Assembly: GCA_945861575.1 (NCBI GenBank)
Contig: CAMAVD010000001.1
Coordinates: 3,458 to 67,457 of the forward strand
Length of the DNA: 64,000 bases
From: Akkermansia muciniphila
GTDB lineage: Bacteria > Verrucomicrobiota > Verrucomicrobiia > Limisphaerales > UBA11320
Direction of reading: 5' to 3'
The position numbers and the translations under genes are program-made. The notes under the pieces were generated by a model. It saw only the letters and a list, made by a program, of their open reading frames with translations, was not told the origin of the DNA and did not search any database. Positions 40,773 through 51,500 of this stretch are shown here, one piece after another; the first letter of the stretch is position 1; the number at the start of each line of letters is the position of its first letter.

Positions 40773-43700
40773 ATGACGTCCGATCTTGTCCGCTGCCGTT
40801 TTGCCCAGCGTCCTCTCGGGCGCCTCTCGCTCTGGGTATTCTCAATCGCCCACGCTGCTGCGTGCTTGGGTGCGGCCGAAACCGGCTATGACTTCCCCAT
40901 CTATAAGAATACCCCTCCTGGCAAGCAGCTCGCGGGTCAACACGCTCCGGCGAGCACGCCTGCTTTGTCGCCAGAGGAGGCCCGGAAACGATTTGCCGTT
41001 CCGGAGGGATTTGAGATGCGCCTCTTCGCCAGCGAGCCGATGGTGGTGAATCCCGTTGCCATGACTTGGGACGAGCGGGGTCGGCTCTGGGTGATCGAGC
41101 TCTATGAATACCCGCTCGGGGTCAAGCCTGGGGAAAAGCCGCGAGATCGCATCAAGGTGCTCGAGGATACGGACAACGACGGGCGCGCTGACAAGGTGAC
41201 GGTCTTTGCGGATGGATTCTCGCTAGCCACCGGCTTGCTGATCGGCAACGGGGGAGTCTACCTTGGTCAGGCACCCCATCTCTACTTTCTTGAGGACACG
41301 GACAACGACGGCAAGGCGGATCGCAAGACCATCGTGAAGACCGGATTTGGAATGGAAGACCGGCATGAGCTTTTGAATGGATTCACCTGGGGACCGGACG
41401 GCTGGCTGTATATGACCCACGGCGTCTTCACCTACTCCAAGGTGAAGGACCCGTCCAATCCCAACGACGATGGCGTGGTGATGACCGCCGCGCTCGCGCG
41501 CTTCGATCCCAGATCCCGTCGGTTTGAGATTTTCTCGGAAGGGACGAGCAATCCTTGGGGCGTGGACTTCGACGCTCGAGGTCAGGCCTTCGTCAGCGCC
41601 TGTGTCATCGACCACCTCTTTCATCTTTCGCCTGCAGGCCTGTATCAGCGGCAAGCCGGTCAGCCGCCATTCCCTTACGCGTACGATCTGCTTCCCAGCA
41701 TCGTCGATCATCGCCATCACATGGCGGCCTACGCCGGCGTCCAAATCTATCAGGGCAACCAGTATCCCTCTGAATACCAGGGTGCCGCGCTGATGGGGAA
41801 CATTCACGACAACTCGATCCACTGGGACCGCCTGACTCCTGCGGGGTCTAGCTATAAGGCCTCCTTCGTTCGTGACCTTGTCCGTGCCAATGATGGCTGG
41901 TTCATGCCCGTAAGCCTACAGACCGGTCCGGATGGGGCGCTGTGGATCATGGATTGGTATGATCGCTACCCTTGTTATCAGAATGCCAACGCTGACCCGG
42001 CGGGTGTGGATCGCGAGTTGGGCCGTATTTGGCGCCTTGTGCATGTGGGGAACACGCCCGGCAAGCCTCTAGGCTCCCGACCAGAGACTGGCATGGACCT
42101 GGCCAAGATGTCGTCAGAGGCTCTGGTACCCCTGCTAGGACATTCAAACTCATGGCAGCGTCGGACCGCGCAGCGTGTGCTGAGCGAGAGGGGTGACACG
42201 GCCTTTGGTCCGCGTTCCTTGCATCCCGATAGCACGCTGCTCGATCTTTTTCGGAAGTCCCCCGACGTGACGGCTCGGCTAGCAGCGCTATGGACTCTCC
42301 ACGGAACCCGGCTGATGGACGACGCGATGCTTGACGAAGCGGCTGAGTCCAAAGACTCCGTGCTTCGCGAGTGGGCCGCGCGACTCACTGGCGAGCGTGC
42401 TCTTCCCCTGGGTGACGCTCTCAAGCGATTGGAGAAGCTGGCTCAGGATCCCGAGCCTGCCGTTCGTGCAGCGGTGGCTGTGGCCGCTCGACAGTTCGTC
42501 TCCGGCTCTCTCACGGTCGATACCCCTCCCTTGGTTCCGCTGTCTGAGGTCGTGACGGGCGGCGTTCTCAGTCAACTCTTCCAAAGTCTTGAGAAACAGA
42601 CCGATCCAAACCTCAGTTTCCTTTTCTGGATGGCTTTGGAACCTCTGGTGGCTTACGACGCATGGCATGCGGCGGATTTTTTCCGCACCTACAAGCTGAA
42701 ACCGGGGGCAACTTCTTCTTTCAGCGAGTCGATTTTCACCAAGATCATGCGTCGCGCCTGTGATGCTCGGGATGCGGCGAGGCTCTCCAAGGTGGTCAAG
42801 GTTCTGGGTTTGATGGAAGAAGAACAGGCTCGTTGGATCGTTGCGGGCCTAACAGGCTTGATCGAGGGACAACGTGGGAAGACCTTAACGGTGGACGCGG
42901 AGGCGAGGGCGGTGGTCAGCCGCTTGTCGGCGTCACCCGTGGCTCAGATTGCTACGAAGGCTCAGCAGCTTGGATCGCTTTGGGGGGATGCAGCAGCCTT
43001 GCGGGCCAACCTCGAACGTATTTTGCTGACGTCGATTCCCGATGCTGAGCGCATCGCGGGTATTAAAACCTTGAGCACCCAGCGGACTGAGGACGTTCGG
43101 GAAGGTCTGTTGCGCGTTGCGCGCTCGAGCGGCAGTGATGCGGTGCGCGTCGAGGCCGTCCGAGCATTGGGTGTGGTGGGTCATGATGTGATTGGGCAGC
43201 GGCTGCTCTCTCAGTGGGAGCAATCAACGCCTGCTGTGCGGCGGGCTACGGCGGAGCTGATGTCCACTCGGGATGCCTGGATTTCTCAGTTCCTCAAAGC
43301 TTGCAAGTCTGGGGCAGTAAAACGGGGCGATGTCCCGCCCACGGTCATTCGAAACTTGTCCACCCATCGCAACGACATCGTGCGTCTCATGGCTCAGGAG
43401 GCATTTGGAAAGTTCAACGCCGCAGGCGCGGATAAACTAAAACTCATCGCCGACAAGCGACGTATCGTGGTCCAGGGGCCCATTGATCTAGAGGCTGGGC
43501 ATCAGGTGGCGAAACGCGCCTGCCTGATCTGTCATCTGCTCCATGGTGAGGGCGGCCAGGTGGGACCCGATCTTACCGGTGTGGGGCGAAGTTCTCTCGA
43601 TGCTTTGCTGCACAATGTGGTCAATCCGAACGAGATTATCGGTCAGGGCTACGAGAACGTGGAGCTGGAAACCAAGGACGGACGTATCTTGACGGGGCGC

Positions 43701-44168
43701 ATGGTGGAGAATACCAACCTGCGGGTGCGGATCATGTCCGCAGGGGGGCAGGAGGAAGTGGTTGGAAAGTCGGATATTGCTGCGCTGCGTGTCACCCAGA
43801 ACTCCGTGATGCCGGAGGGCTTAGAGCAGATGCCCGACGCTGAGTTTCGCAATTTGATCTGGTACATTCTCGCCCCACCCCAAGATGGAAAGCCTCTCAA
43901 TGACGAGCGAAAGCGCGAGCTGGTAAACACGGGCGCGGAGCAGGCCTCTGTTTCCCCTTCAACCGACGGTGAGGTTCTCAAGGATCAGGCTATTCGTCGC
44001 GGGCCTCAGATCTGGACCCAGGTCTCGGTAGATCTGTCGGCCTACGCCGGCAAACGTGTGGTCCTGCGTCTGGAGAACGCTGCCAACGAATGGAACTCGG
44101 AGTTTGCCTACTGGTCTGACCTGAGGCTCACATCGACGGATGCCCCATCAGCGGCGAAGCTTCCATAG
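40773..44168 (+). CDS. PVC-type secreted protein: sorbosone-dehydrogenase-like propeller, HEAT repeats, c-type heme (CxxCH) domain
   Basis: 1131 aa with a signal peptide. The N-terminal membrane-bound-dehydrogenase-type motif is FASEPMVVNPVAMTWDERGRLWVIE...VLEDTDNDGRADK...FLEDTDNDGKAD. The central region is HEAT-like (VRAAVAVAARQ, VRVEAVRALG). The heme motif CLICH lies at nt 43521-43535, followed by GEGGQVGPDLTGVG. Confidence 0.85.
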   Translation: MTSDLVRCRFAQRPLGRLSLWVFSIAHAAACLGAAETGYDFPIYKNTPPGKQLAGQHAPASTPALSPEEARKRFAVPEGFEMRLFASEPMVVNPVAMTWDERGRLWVIELYEYPLGVKPGEKPRDRIKVLEDTDNDGRADKVTVFADGFSLATGLLIGNGGVYLGQAPHLYFLEDTDNDGKADRKTIVKTGFGMEDRHELLNGFTWGPDGWLYMTHGVFTYSKVKDPSNPNDDGVVMTAALARFDPRSRRFEIFSEGTSNPWGVDFDARGQAFVSACVIDHLFHLSPAGLYQRQAGQPPFPYAYDLLPSIVDHRHHMAAYAGVQIYQGNQYPSEYQGAALMGNIHDNSIHWDRLTPAGSSYKASFVRDLVRANDGWFMPVSLQTGPDGALWIMDWYDRYPCYQNANADPAGVDRELGRIWRLVHVGNTPGKPLGSRPETGMDLAKMSSEALVPLLGHSNSWQRRTAQRVLSERGDTAFGPRSLHPDSTLLDLFRKSPDVTARLAALWTLHGTRLMDDAMLDEAAESKDSVLREWAARLTGERALPLGDALKRLEKLAQDPEPAVRAAVAVAARQFVSGSLTVDTPPLVPLSEVVTGGVLSQLFQSLEKQTDPNLSFLFWMALEPLVAYDAWHAADFFRTYKLKPGATSSFSESIFTKIMRRACDARDAARLSKVVKVLGLMEEEQARWIVAGLTGLIEGQRGKTLTVDAEARAVVSRLSASPVAQIATKAQQLGSLWGDAAALRANLERILLTSIPDAERIAGIKTLSTQRTEDVREGLLRVARSSGSDAVRVEAVRALGVVGHDVIGQRLLSQWEQSTPAVRRATAELMSTRDAWISQFLKACKSGAVKRGDVPPTVIRNLSTHRNDIVRLMAQEAFGKFNAAGADKLKLIADKRRIVVQGPIDLEAGHQVAKRACLICHLLHGEGGQVGPDLTGVGRSSLDALLHNVVNPNEIIGQGYENVELETKDGRILTGRMVENTNLRVRIMSAGGQEEVVGKSDIAALRVTQNSVMPEGLEQMPDAEFRNLIWYILAPPQDGKPLNDERKRELVNTGAEQASVSPSTDGEVLKDQAIRRGPQIWTQVSVDLSAYAGKRVVLRLENAANEWNSEFAYWSDLRLTSTDAPSAAKLP

Positions 44169-45347
44169 CCTGGCGTCGCTCCGGATGTAAACGCCATCCG
44201 CCGTCAGAGAGGGTGTTCCAAGAACGGTCTGTGCCAGGTCGAGTTCTGAAAGCACCTCGCCCTCCGGCTTTGAGACGTCGACTAGCTGGGCAAGCCCCTT
44301 TTCGTTCACGGCGAGAAGTCGGTTTCCAGCGGCCACTGGGGTGGCACTGAAGGGGCCCTTGAGCCGCAACTGCCACAGCCTTTTTCCAGTAGCGAGTTCT
44401 CCGCAGGTGAGCACGCCGCCATCGTTCATCACCAGAATCTTGTCGCCAACCACCACGGGGCTAGGCGTCCCAGGCCGCAACTGGCCGGCACGCCAAAGCT
44501 GCTTGGGCTCCCCCGAATCACTAAACTCCAGAGCCGTCAAACCTTGGGAGGGCGCGTAAAGAACCGAGCCGCTTACGGCACTGGAGGAGACTGGGGAGGC
44601 TCCGTCTTTGTAGTCCCAGACGATCCGACCCGTGCGAGGTTCTACGGCTGTGACCCCTTTGCCGGACTGGAGTCCGAAGAGCGTCTTGCCTCCCGACGTT
44701 GTCAGGACGGTCGGTGAGCACCAGTTGGCCATCTTGGGCCGATCCAGCTTCCAGAGATTTCGGCCATCCTTCACATCAAAACCGGCGCTGAAGGACTCGG
44801 AGTCGTTCTCGATTTGAGCACCCAGAACTCCCTCGGTAACCACCAGCGAGGACGACATGCCCAGGCTGTTGCTGGCGTTGGGGTAGTCTTGCGTGAGGCC
44901 CCGGAACCATTGGAGGTTGCCTTGGAGGTCCAGACAGACGAGATCGTTGGAGGAGAAGAGGGCGAAGATACGTTCCCCGTCGCTGGTGGGGGTTGGCGCC
45001 GCCACGCTGGTCTTCTCGTGGCACATGGTGCGGCCGGTCGCACGGAAGGTGCGCTCCCAAACTTTTCGTCCATCGGAGGCCTGGAAGCAGATCACGTGCA
45101 ACTTCTCCTGCTTCGGCCCGCTCGAGCAGCTTACATAGACGCGATCATTGAGCACGATGGGGCTAGAGAGACCACGTCCCGGGAGATCGATTTGCCAGGC
45201 GATTCCGTTCTCTTTGGAAAGGGTTGAAGGCAGTTCGGTGCCTGGCATGGTGCCATTTGAGCTGGGGCCGCGGAACTGGGTCCAATGAGCCGCAGTGGCC
45301 CAGGGCATGAGTGCTGCGAGGGACACGAGGGTGAAAAGCTGTTTCAT
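44148..45347 (-). CDS. PQQ-like beta-propeller repeat protein, secreted
   Basis: Signal peptide MKQLFTLVSLAALMPWATA, then HWTQFRGPSSNG and repeated propeller blades. It is a paralogue in style of the gene at 8678-9952. Its 3' end overlaps the convergent gene by 21 nt. Confidence 0.8.
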   Translation of the reverse strand: MKQLFTLVSLAALMPWATAAHWTQFRGPSSNGTMPGTELPSTLSKENGIAWQIDLPGRGLSSPIVLNDRVYVSCSSGPKQEKLHVICFQASDGRKVWERTFRATGRTMCHEKTSVAAPTPTSDGERIFALFSSNDLVCLDLQGNLQWFRGLTQDYPNASNSLGMSSSLVVTEGVLGAQIENDSESFSAGFDVKDGRNLWKLDRPKMANWCSPTVLTTSGGKTLFGLQSGKGVTAVEPRTGRIVWDYKDGASPVSSSAVSGSVLYAPSQGLTALEFSDSGEPKQLWRAGQLRPGTPSPVVVGDKILVMNDGGVLTCGELATGKRLWQLRLKGPFSATPVAAGNRLLAVNEKGLAQLVDVSKPEGEVLSELDLAQTVLGTPSLTADGVYIRSDARLWKLRR

Positions 45348-45392
45348 GAGGTGATTTGGGTTTGCAGTGCTTCAGAGGGCCGCCCAATAGAC

Positions 45393-46574
45393 TTAATGAC
45401 TTGCGGTAAGCGGCGCAGGCACTCCTGCGCGGAGGGGGGTGATCGGGGTTCCTTGGGCGTCCGTGACCCTCAACTGGAACTCCCACTCAATCGTCCAGTC
45501 TTCCTTCTGCTCGTTCTGACCTAGCTTCACCAGGACGGTGTTCTTTCCAGCCTTCAACTCCACCGGCATCTTGTACTGATCAATCTCGGCCCCGCGATGA
45601 TACTCGTCCCGACCGAAAACAAGCTGACCGTTGAACCAGATCTTCCACGCGTTCTTGCAACCCAGTCGCAGCTCTGCGGGTTGGGCGCGATCCACGCGGA
45701 TCTCTGTGTAGCAGTAAGCGATGGTCTCCTTGAGCTTGCCGAGCGGGAGATTCACGTCGACCTTGCCATAGTCGTCCGCGCTTGCGAGGTCGGTCCAGCG
45801 CACTTTCCCTGTCTTGCCATCATATTCGGCACTGAGATTGACTTCCTTCTCAGGGGGGAACACGCGATCGAATCCTTCCCGCTTGGTATTGTCAAAGGGG
45901 CCGACCACTTTCCACTTGCTGATCCAACCAAAGAGGCGGGGCAGGTCTGTCTTGTGCCCAAGGGTTTTAAGTCCGGTGACAATGGCCTCGATCTGGTCGA
46001 CGTCCCGGGCGCAGGTTAGAGCCTGTTGGTAGAGCAACGCTGCGGCGTCCTTCTGGCTGCCCGCCTTTGCCACGGCCTGATCCAGGACGCCCTGAATGGC
46101 GGCACGGCGCAAATCCATGCTGGGATCGTTTAGCATCCCGGGGAGCAGGCTTTTGACTTGTGCTGACTCCGATTGGGAAAGGATGTCGAAGACGAACGCC
46201 CGCGCCTCAGGGGAATGCCGGACGTCCAGCAGGAAGGTGCCGAGCGGAACGACGGGAAGTGGTTTGTTCTCTGACTGCTCCCGCTGGAGGATCGACTCCA
46301 CTGAGGACCGGAGCCAGTTTCGTGCAAGGGGATTGGCCTTGTCCATGGAGGCCAAGATCTCCGGGACTGCGTCCCCACTCTGGGAGGCCAACACCTTCAA
46401 AGCCTTTTGGGCCAGTTCATGGCCCTGGGCCTCCCGGCTCACGGCTTGGATTTGTTGGATGGCTTCCGTGAGCGTGCCTTGTGCAAAACAAGGAGACGCC
46501 ATCAGGAGGCTCAGGCTCACCGCTAGGCATGCGCCTAGACTCTGAAGTCGGTTGGATTCAAGTTGACGCAGCAT
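45393..46574 (-). CDS. secreted hypothetical protein: helical (HEAT-like) N-terminal half and beta-sandwich C-terminal half
   Basis: Signal peptide ...LLMASPCFAQG. The C-terminal half (WKVVGPFDN...LRLGCKNAWKIWFNGQLVFG...LKAGKNTVLVKL) resembles the galactose-binding-like sandwiches common in PVC secreted proteins. No catalytic motif was recognised. Confidence 0.6.
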   Translation of the reverse strand: MLRQLESNRLQSLGACLAVSLSLLMASPCFAQGTLTEAIQQIQAVSREAQGHELAQKALKVLASQSGDAVPEILASMDKANPLARNWLRSSVESILQREQSENKPLPVVPLGTFLLDVRHSPEARAFVFDILSQSESAQVKSLLPGMLNDPSMDLRRAAIQGVLDQAVAKAGSQKDAAALLYQQALTCARDVDQIEAIVTGLKTLGHKTDLPRLFGWISKWKVVGPFDNTKREGFDRVFPPEKEVNLSAEYDGKTGKVRWTDLASADDYGKVDVNLPLGKLKETIAYCYTEIRVDRAQPAELRLGCKNAWKIWFNGQLVFGRDEYHRGAEIDQYKMPVELKAGKNTVLVKLGQNEQKEDWTIEWEFQLRVTDAQGTPITPLRAGVPAPLTASH

Positions 46575-46707
46575 GAGAGAGTGGCGGTTGGTGTTCTGTG
46601 TTCCGTAGTCTTGATCCCGTTTTCCCGTTTGCAGTCATATTGAGGAGGCTTCGTTGGAAATGCAATCTCGCGTCTAAGGCGAGATGGGCTGCGAGCCTTG
46701 CCCGGCA

Positions 46708-48291
46708 CTACTTCAGTTCACTCCACGACTTTATGCCAATCACTGGCAGTGCGAACTCGAAGGCGGATTCCCACCCCTTCTGGTCTGCTTGTTTGAAAAC
46801 CTCATACATGGGACGCTTTCTATCGGGATCAGCTATGGACTCTTTCTTGTGGGTCCAGAGGCCCAGGTTCAGCCCTCCCTCGTGCGCGTGATCCACATGA
46901 CGATGAAGGATGAAAGCATCGATGCCTGGGTTGATCGCTGCTTTCCGATAAGCGTAGGCGTAGGCCGCTGCCTGCCAGAGTTCGCCAGCCGGTGTGTCGG
47001 CGCAATGGAAGCCCTGCTCGGAAAGGATCACGCGTCGCACCCGCCGACCGTAGGATTCGTTGGGAGGCGGATCGTATTTCCATGGGGAGGTGGTCAGGAG
47101 GTCGGTCAGGATACGGAGATTCTTAAAGGTGATGCGGGGGCTGTCAGGCTTTTCGGTGGCGGACTGGTCATTCCACGTGCGGCACTCGAACAGATTTTCA
47201 GGGTAGGGATGGAAGGCGACATGCCATTCGAAATCGCCCTGTTCGACGCCGCGTCGATGGAGGTATTCCAGAAACGTGCGCCCTGCGAAGGTTTGTCTAT
47301 CATCTCCGCCTGGATAACGAATGTTCCAGTGATGTTCGAGCGAGACATAGACCCGCGCCGAGCTGGATGTCTTGCGGACGGCCATGGCCGCAAGCCTCAA
47401 CGCGACTCCGTAGTCGTTGGCGAACTCTTCCATCGTGCAGCGGCCTCGATTGCTCCAAAACCAGTGCGAGTTCACTTCATTGCCGAGAATAAAGTTTGCC
47501 GCACGCCCATAGGGATAGTTGGAGGCGCAATACCGAGCCGCGAGAAACTCCAGGCTTGCGATGAATTGCTCTGCGCCTTCCGGGGTGACGGTATTGAAAG
47601 CGCCCAGATGATTCGGACACGCCGGATCATAGGATGGGTGCAGCAGCACTCGGTTCTGAGCTGCATCCCCACTCTTGTAGACGAGTAGAATCAGGCTGAC
47701 GACCACACCTCGGTCGCTCAGCGTCTTGATCTGATGGTCCATCCCGGCGGTATAGTCGCTGTTGAAATGGAACGTGCGCGCCCCGGACGTCCAGGCGAGG
47801 CTTCCTGGCTTGGCGTGCGTCTCCACGAGTTGACTGAAGTTGAGGTTGAGGGCGGCGTGCTGAACTCCCAATTCTAGGGCGTCGTCTAGCATCTGGACCT
47901 GGAGGCCCTTCTTGCTGGTGGAAGCGGGGAAGGGGTCCGTGTTTTTGGAAAGCCCTCGGAGGGTGTCGACGAAGCGGATGGGTCCGATTCCTTCCTCTCC
48001 CCGGGTCGTTTGAAACGAGGAGTAGAGTCGATCCCGTCCCTGGTCAAAGCGAGGGAGAGCGACTTCGAAGCGTGATCGAATACCGAGCTTGAAGGTGGGA
48101 GTGGCGAGGCCGACGCCTTGGGTTCCTGGAGGACGTTCGACGACCTGGAGCATGCTGCCGTCCGTCTCCCCTTCCAGATAGAGCGTCTGAGGCGTTGCCG
48201 TGATGCGCGTCAGGCCTGGGGCTGCTTCCACCCAAGCGACAGTGAGAATCCAGATAGAGTGGATGAGGAACAGCTGTCGCGAGAAAAGCAT
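46708..48291 (-). CDS. secreted TIM-barrel glycoside-hydrolase-like protein (clan GH-A signature residues)
   Basis: Signal peptide, then candidate clan-A motifs in the correct order and spacing. These are ILGNEVN (acid/base NE), AFHPYP (H-x-Y) and ILSEQGF (nucleophile Glu, ~150 aa after NE). The family was not identified. Confidence 0.55.
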   Translation of the reverse strand: MLFSRQLFLIHSIWILTVAWVEAAPGLTRITATPQTLYLEGETDGSMLQVVERPPGTQGVGLATPTFKLGIRSRFEVALPRFDQGRDRLYSSFQTTRGEEGIGPIRFVDTLRGLSKNTDPFPASTSKKGLQVQMLDDALELGVQHAALNLNFSQLVETHAKPGSLAWTSGARTFHFNSDYTAGMDHQIKTLSDRGVVVSLILLVYKSGDAAQNRVLLHPSYDPACPNHLGAFNTVTPEGAEQFIASLEFLAARYCASNYPYGRAANFILGNEVNSHWFWSNRGRCTMEEFANDYGVALRLAAMAVRKTSSSARVYVSLEHHWNIRYPGGDDRQTFAGRTFLEYLHRRGVEQGDFEWHVAFHPYPENLFECRTWNDQSATEKPDSPRITFKNLRILTDLLTTSPWKYDPPPNESYGRRVRRVILSEQGFHCADTPAGELWQAAAYAYAYRKAAINPGIDAFILHRHVDHAHEGGLNLGLWTHKKESIADPDRKRPMYEVFKQADQKGWESAFEFALPVIGIKSWSELK

Positions 48292-48513
48292 TCACCAGTG
48301 ACATGCGAAAGTCGGGTGGTATTCAAGCCGGAAAGCTCTTGCAACCGCCCCTGTTGGCTCTTCGGCGCCCCGCCCACCACCCAGGACCGCGATGGCAGCT
48401 TGGCAGAAGCCGGTTTGATCCCTGTGGGGTTACCTCCTTCAGACTGAATCAAGCCTTGCAGCGTGCCCTCCGAATGGCGTAAGACGCTGGGAACTTTGAT
48501 CCCTGCTCCTGAT

Positions 48514-51500
48514 ATGCATTGTACGCGCTTCCTAGCCTTTTGTCTTCGTGCTGCCAGACTTCTTGTCCTATCGGGCGTTTCCGCCTGTTTGAGCTCGAGC
48601 AGGGCTGTGGCGGACAGTTTTCTTCCAGCGGATCTGTTGCGCAATGGCGACCGGGTTGTTTTTGTCGGGGATACGCTGTTGGAGCGCGAAGGAACCCAGG
48701 GTTTTATTGAGCATCGCCTCACCGCTGAGTTCCCGACCCGCACCATCACATTTCGGAATCTCGCCTGGAGTGCCGATCTGCCCACCGGGCAGTCACGCGC
48801 CAGTTTCGACTGGTCCCGGGGCGAGCCCCATTGGTTTACCAATCTGGTCGGCCAGATCGCGGCGGTGCGTCCCACGGTGGTTTGTCTCGGATACGGCATG
48901 GCGGCTTCCTTCGATGGGCCCTCCGGCTTGAAGCCCTTCGTGGACCAGATGGGACGTCTGATGACTAAGATCTCCTCGCAGACGGGGAACGGTCCTGTCC
49001 GCTTCTTCATTCTCGGCCCCATTCGCCATGAGGACAAGGGAGCTCCGATGCCCAGTCCTTCGCAGCATAACGCCCATCTCAAGCTCTACAACGATGCTCT
49101 GAGAGCGCTGGCACGGGAGCGTGGTGCGGGCTTCGTGGATCTCTTTGAGGAGCTCGCTCCCGCGTCGGGCTCCCCAGCGGGCTGGACGGAGAATGGGATT
49201 CACCTCAGCGACCAAGGGTCCCGTCGCGCTGCTCAGCTGATCGGCTCGTACCTGGCCCCATCGAAGGAATCTCCCCATGACCGCTGGACGCTAGGCATGG
49301 ATGTCTCGGCCACGGCCCCGGTTCGACAGGAGGGGATTCAAGCCCGCGATCTGAAATGGGAAGAGGGCAAACTTCTCTTCACGGCACAGTCCTTGCAGGT
49401 GGGGATGCCTGCGGACTCCAACACGTCGGGCTCGATTCCGTTGGCACCCCCAACCCTGACCGTGAAGGGTCTCAAGTCTGGCCGATACGTGCTCCGCGTC
49501 GACGGCGAGGATGTTCTGGTGCGACGCCATTCTGAGTGGGAGAAGGGAGTCGAGATTGCCGCCGGGCCTTCCGTCCGCCAGGCGCGGGAGCTGCATGCAG
49601 CCATCCTTAAGAAGAATGAACTCTTTTTCCACCGATGGCGTCCGCAGAACAGCACCTATCTCTTTCTATTCCGGAAGGGGGAGCAGGGTCGGAACGCCAG
49701 CGAGATTCCCCAGTTTGATCCGCTGATTGCTGAGCAGGAGCAACGGATCGTTTCGCTGCGGCAGCCGACCCGCCACCGCTTCGAGCTCGTGCCGGTGCCT
49801 CGCGACTACGTTGCGAAGGTGACAGGTGCCCCCGCAGTTGCTCCCAGCCCCAGGCCTCGTCCCCTCTCTCCTCAGCCCACGCCGAGTTTCGACCTCGCTC
49901 CAGGTCTTGTTGCCAATCTCTACGCCGAGGATCCTCTGTTGCACAAGCCGATCCATATGAACTTTGACGCGAGGGGCCGTCTCTGGGTCGCCAGCTCCTC
50001 CGTCTATCCGCAAATCAAACCGGGACAGACTGCCGACGACACGCTCGTGGTTCTCGAGGATACCGATGGCGATGGGCGGGCGGAGACCTCTCGAGTCTTT
50101 GCGGATGGCCTGCTGATCCCCACCGGCGTGGAGCCGGGTGATGGTGGGGTGTATGTCGGACAAAGTACAGAGCTTCTTCACTTCAAGGACACCGATGGCG
50201 ATGGGAAGGCGGATGTGCGGCGGACCGTTCTCTCTGGATTCGGAACCGAGGACACGCATCATATTCTGCACACGCTTCATTGGGGCATGGACGGACAGCT
50301 CTACATGAACCAGTCCATCTACATCCACACCCATACCGAAACACCGAATGGGGTGATGCGTTTGAACAGCGGTGGGATTCTCAGCCTACGCCCGTCGACT
50401 TTGGAACTCGGGATTCACATGAAAGGTTTGGTGAATACCTGGGGCCATCAGATGGATCTCTACGGGCAATCCTTCGCCACGGATGGGGCGGGGATCGAGG
50501 GGATCAATTACATTGTGCCTCAGGCGATGTACTTCACCTACGCAGGAGCGAGGCGAATTCTCGGGAGCGTTAGTCCGGGTATCTATCCGAAATTCTGCGG
50601 ACTGGAGGTTTTGCAGAGTCCGCTTTTTCCCAAGGACTGGCAGGGGAGCATGCTCACCTGCGATTTCCGCGCCCATCGTCTGGTGCGATTCTCCATTCAA
50701 GAAAAGGGATCGGCCTATATCACCCAGGAGATGCCAGAGCTGGTTCGCAGCCAGGACGCCACCTTTCGTCCGATTGATGTGAAGCTCGGACCGGATGGCG
50801 CTTTGTATATCGCCGATTGGTCGAATCCGATCATCCAACATGGCGAAGTCGATTTTCGCGATCCGCGGCGAGACAAGGAGCATGGGCGCATCTGGCGGAT
50901 CACCCACAAAGACTCCGTCCCCCTGGCGGTCACCGACCTGACCAAGGCCTCGAACGAAGTCCTCCTCGGGCATCTTGTGGGAGCTTCGGGCTTCCATCAG
51001 GAGAAAGCGCGTCGGGTGCTGGCGGAGCGGGGGAGGGCGGTCCTCAAGCCGCTGAGGGCGTGGACGGCTCGGCAGAAGGATGACCGCGCACGGCTGGAAG
51101 CGCTGTGGCTTCATCAGAGTTTGGACGAAGTGAATGCGCCCTTGCTAGAGAGCCTGCTGGCATCGAAGGACGGGCGGGTGCGGGCCGCCGCGGTTCGGGT
51201 GCTTGGCTTCTGGGGGCACCGCCTGCCTGGGGCAGGTACCGAGGGGCGCGAGGGCCGCCTCCTCAAGCCAGAGCAGTTGACTGCGTCGCAGAGCGCTCCG
51301 GCCTTGTCACTCTTGTCGCGCAGCATTGTGGATGAGCATCCGCGGGTGAGGTTGGAAGCGTTGCGCGCCTTGCCGCGTTTCCCGGGGGCTCGTGCAGCCG
51401 AGTTGGCTCTGTCGGTGCTAGATCGTCCGCTGGACACACATCTGGAATATGCGGCCTGGCTGACCATCAATGAGCTCGCGGAGCCTTGGCTGACAGCCTT

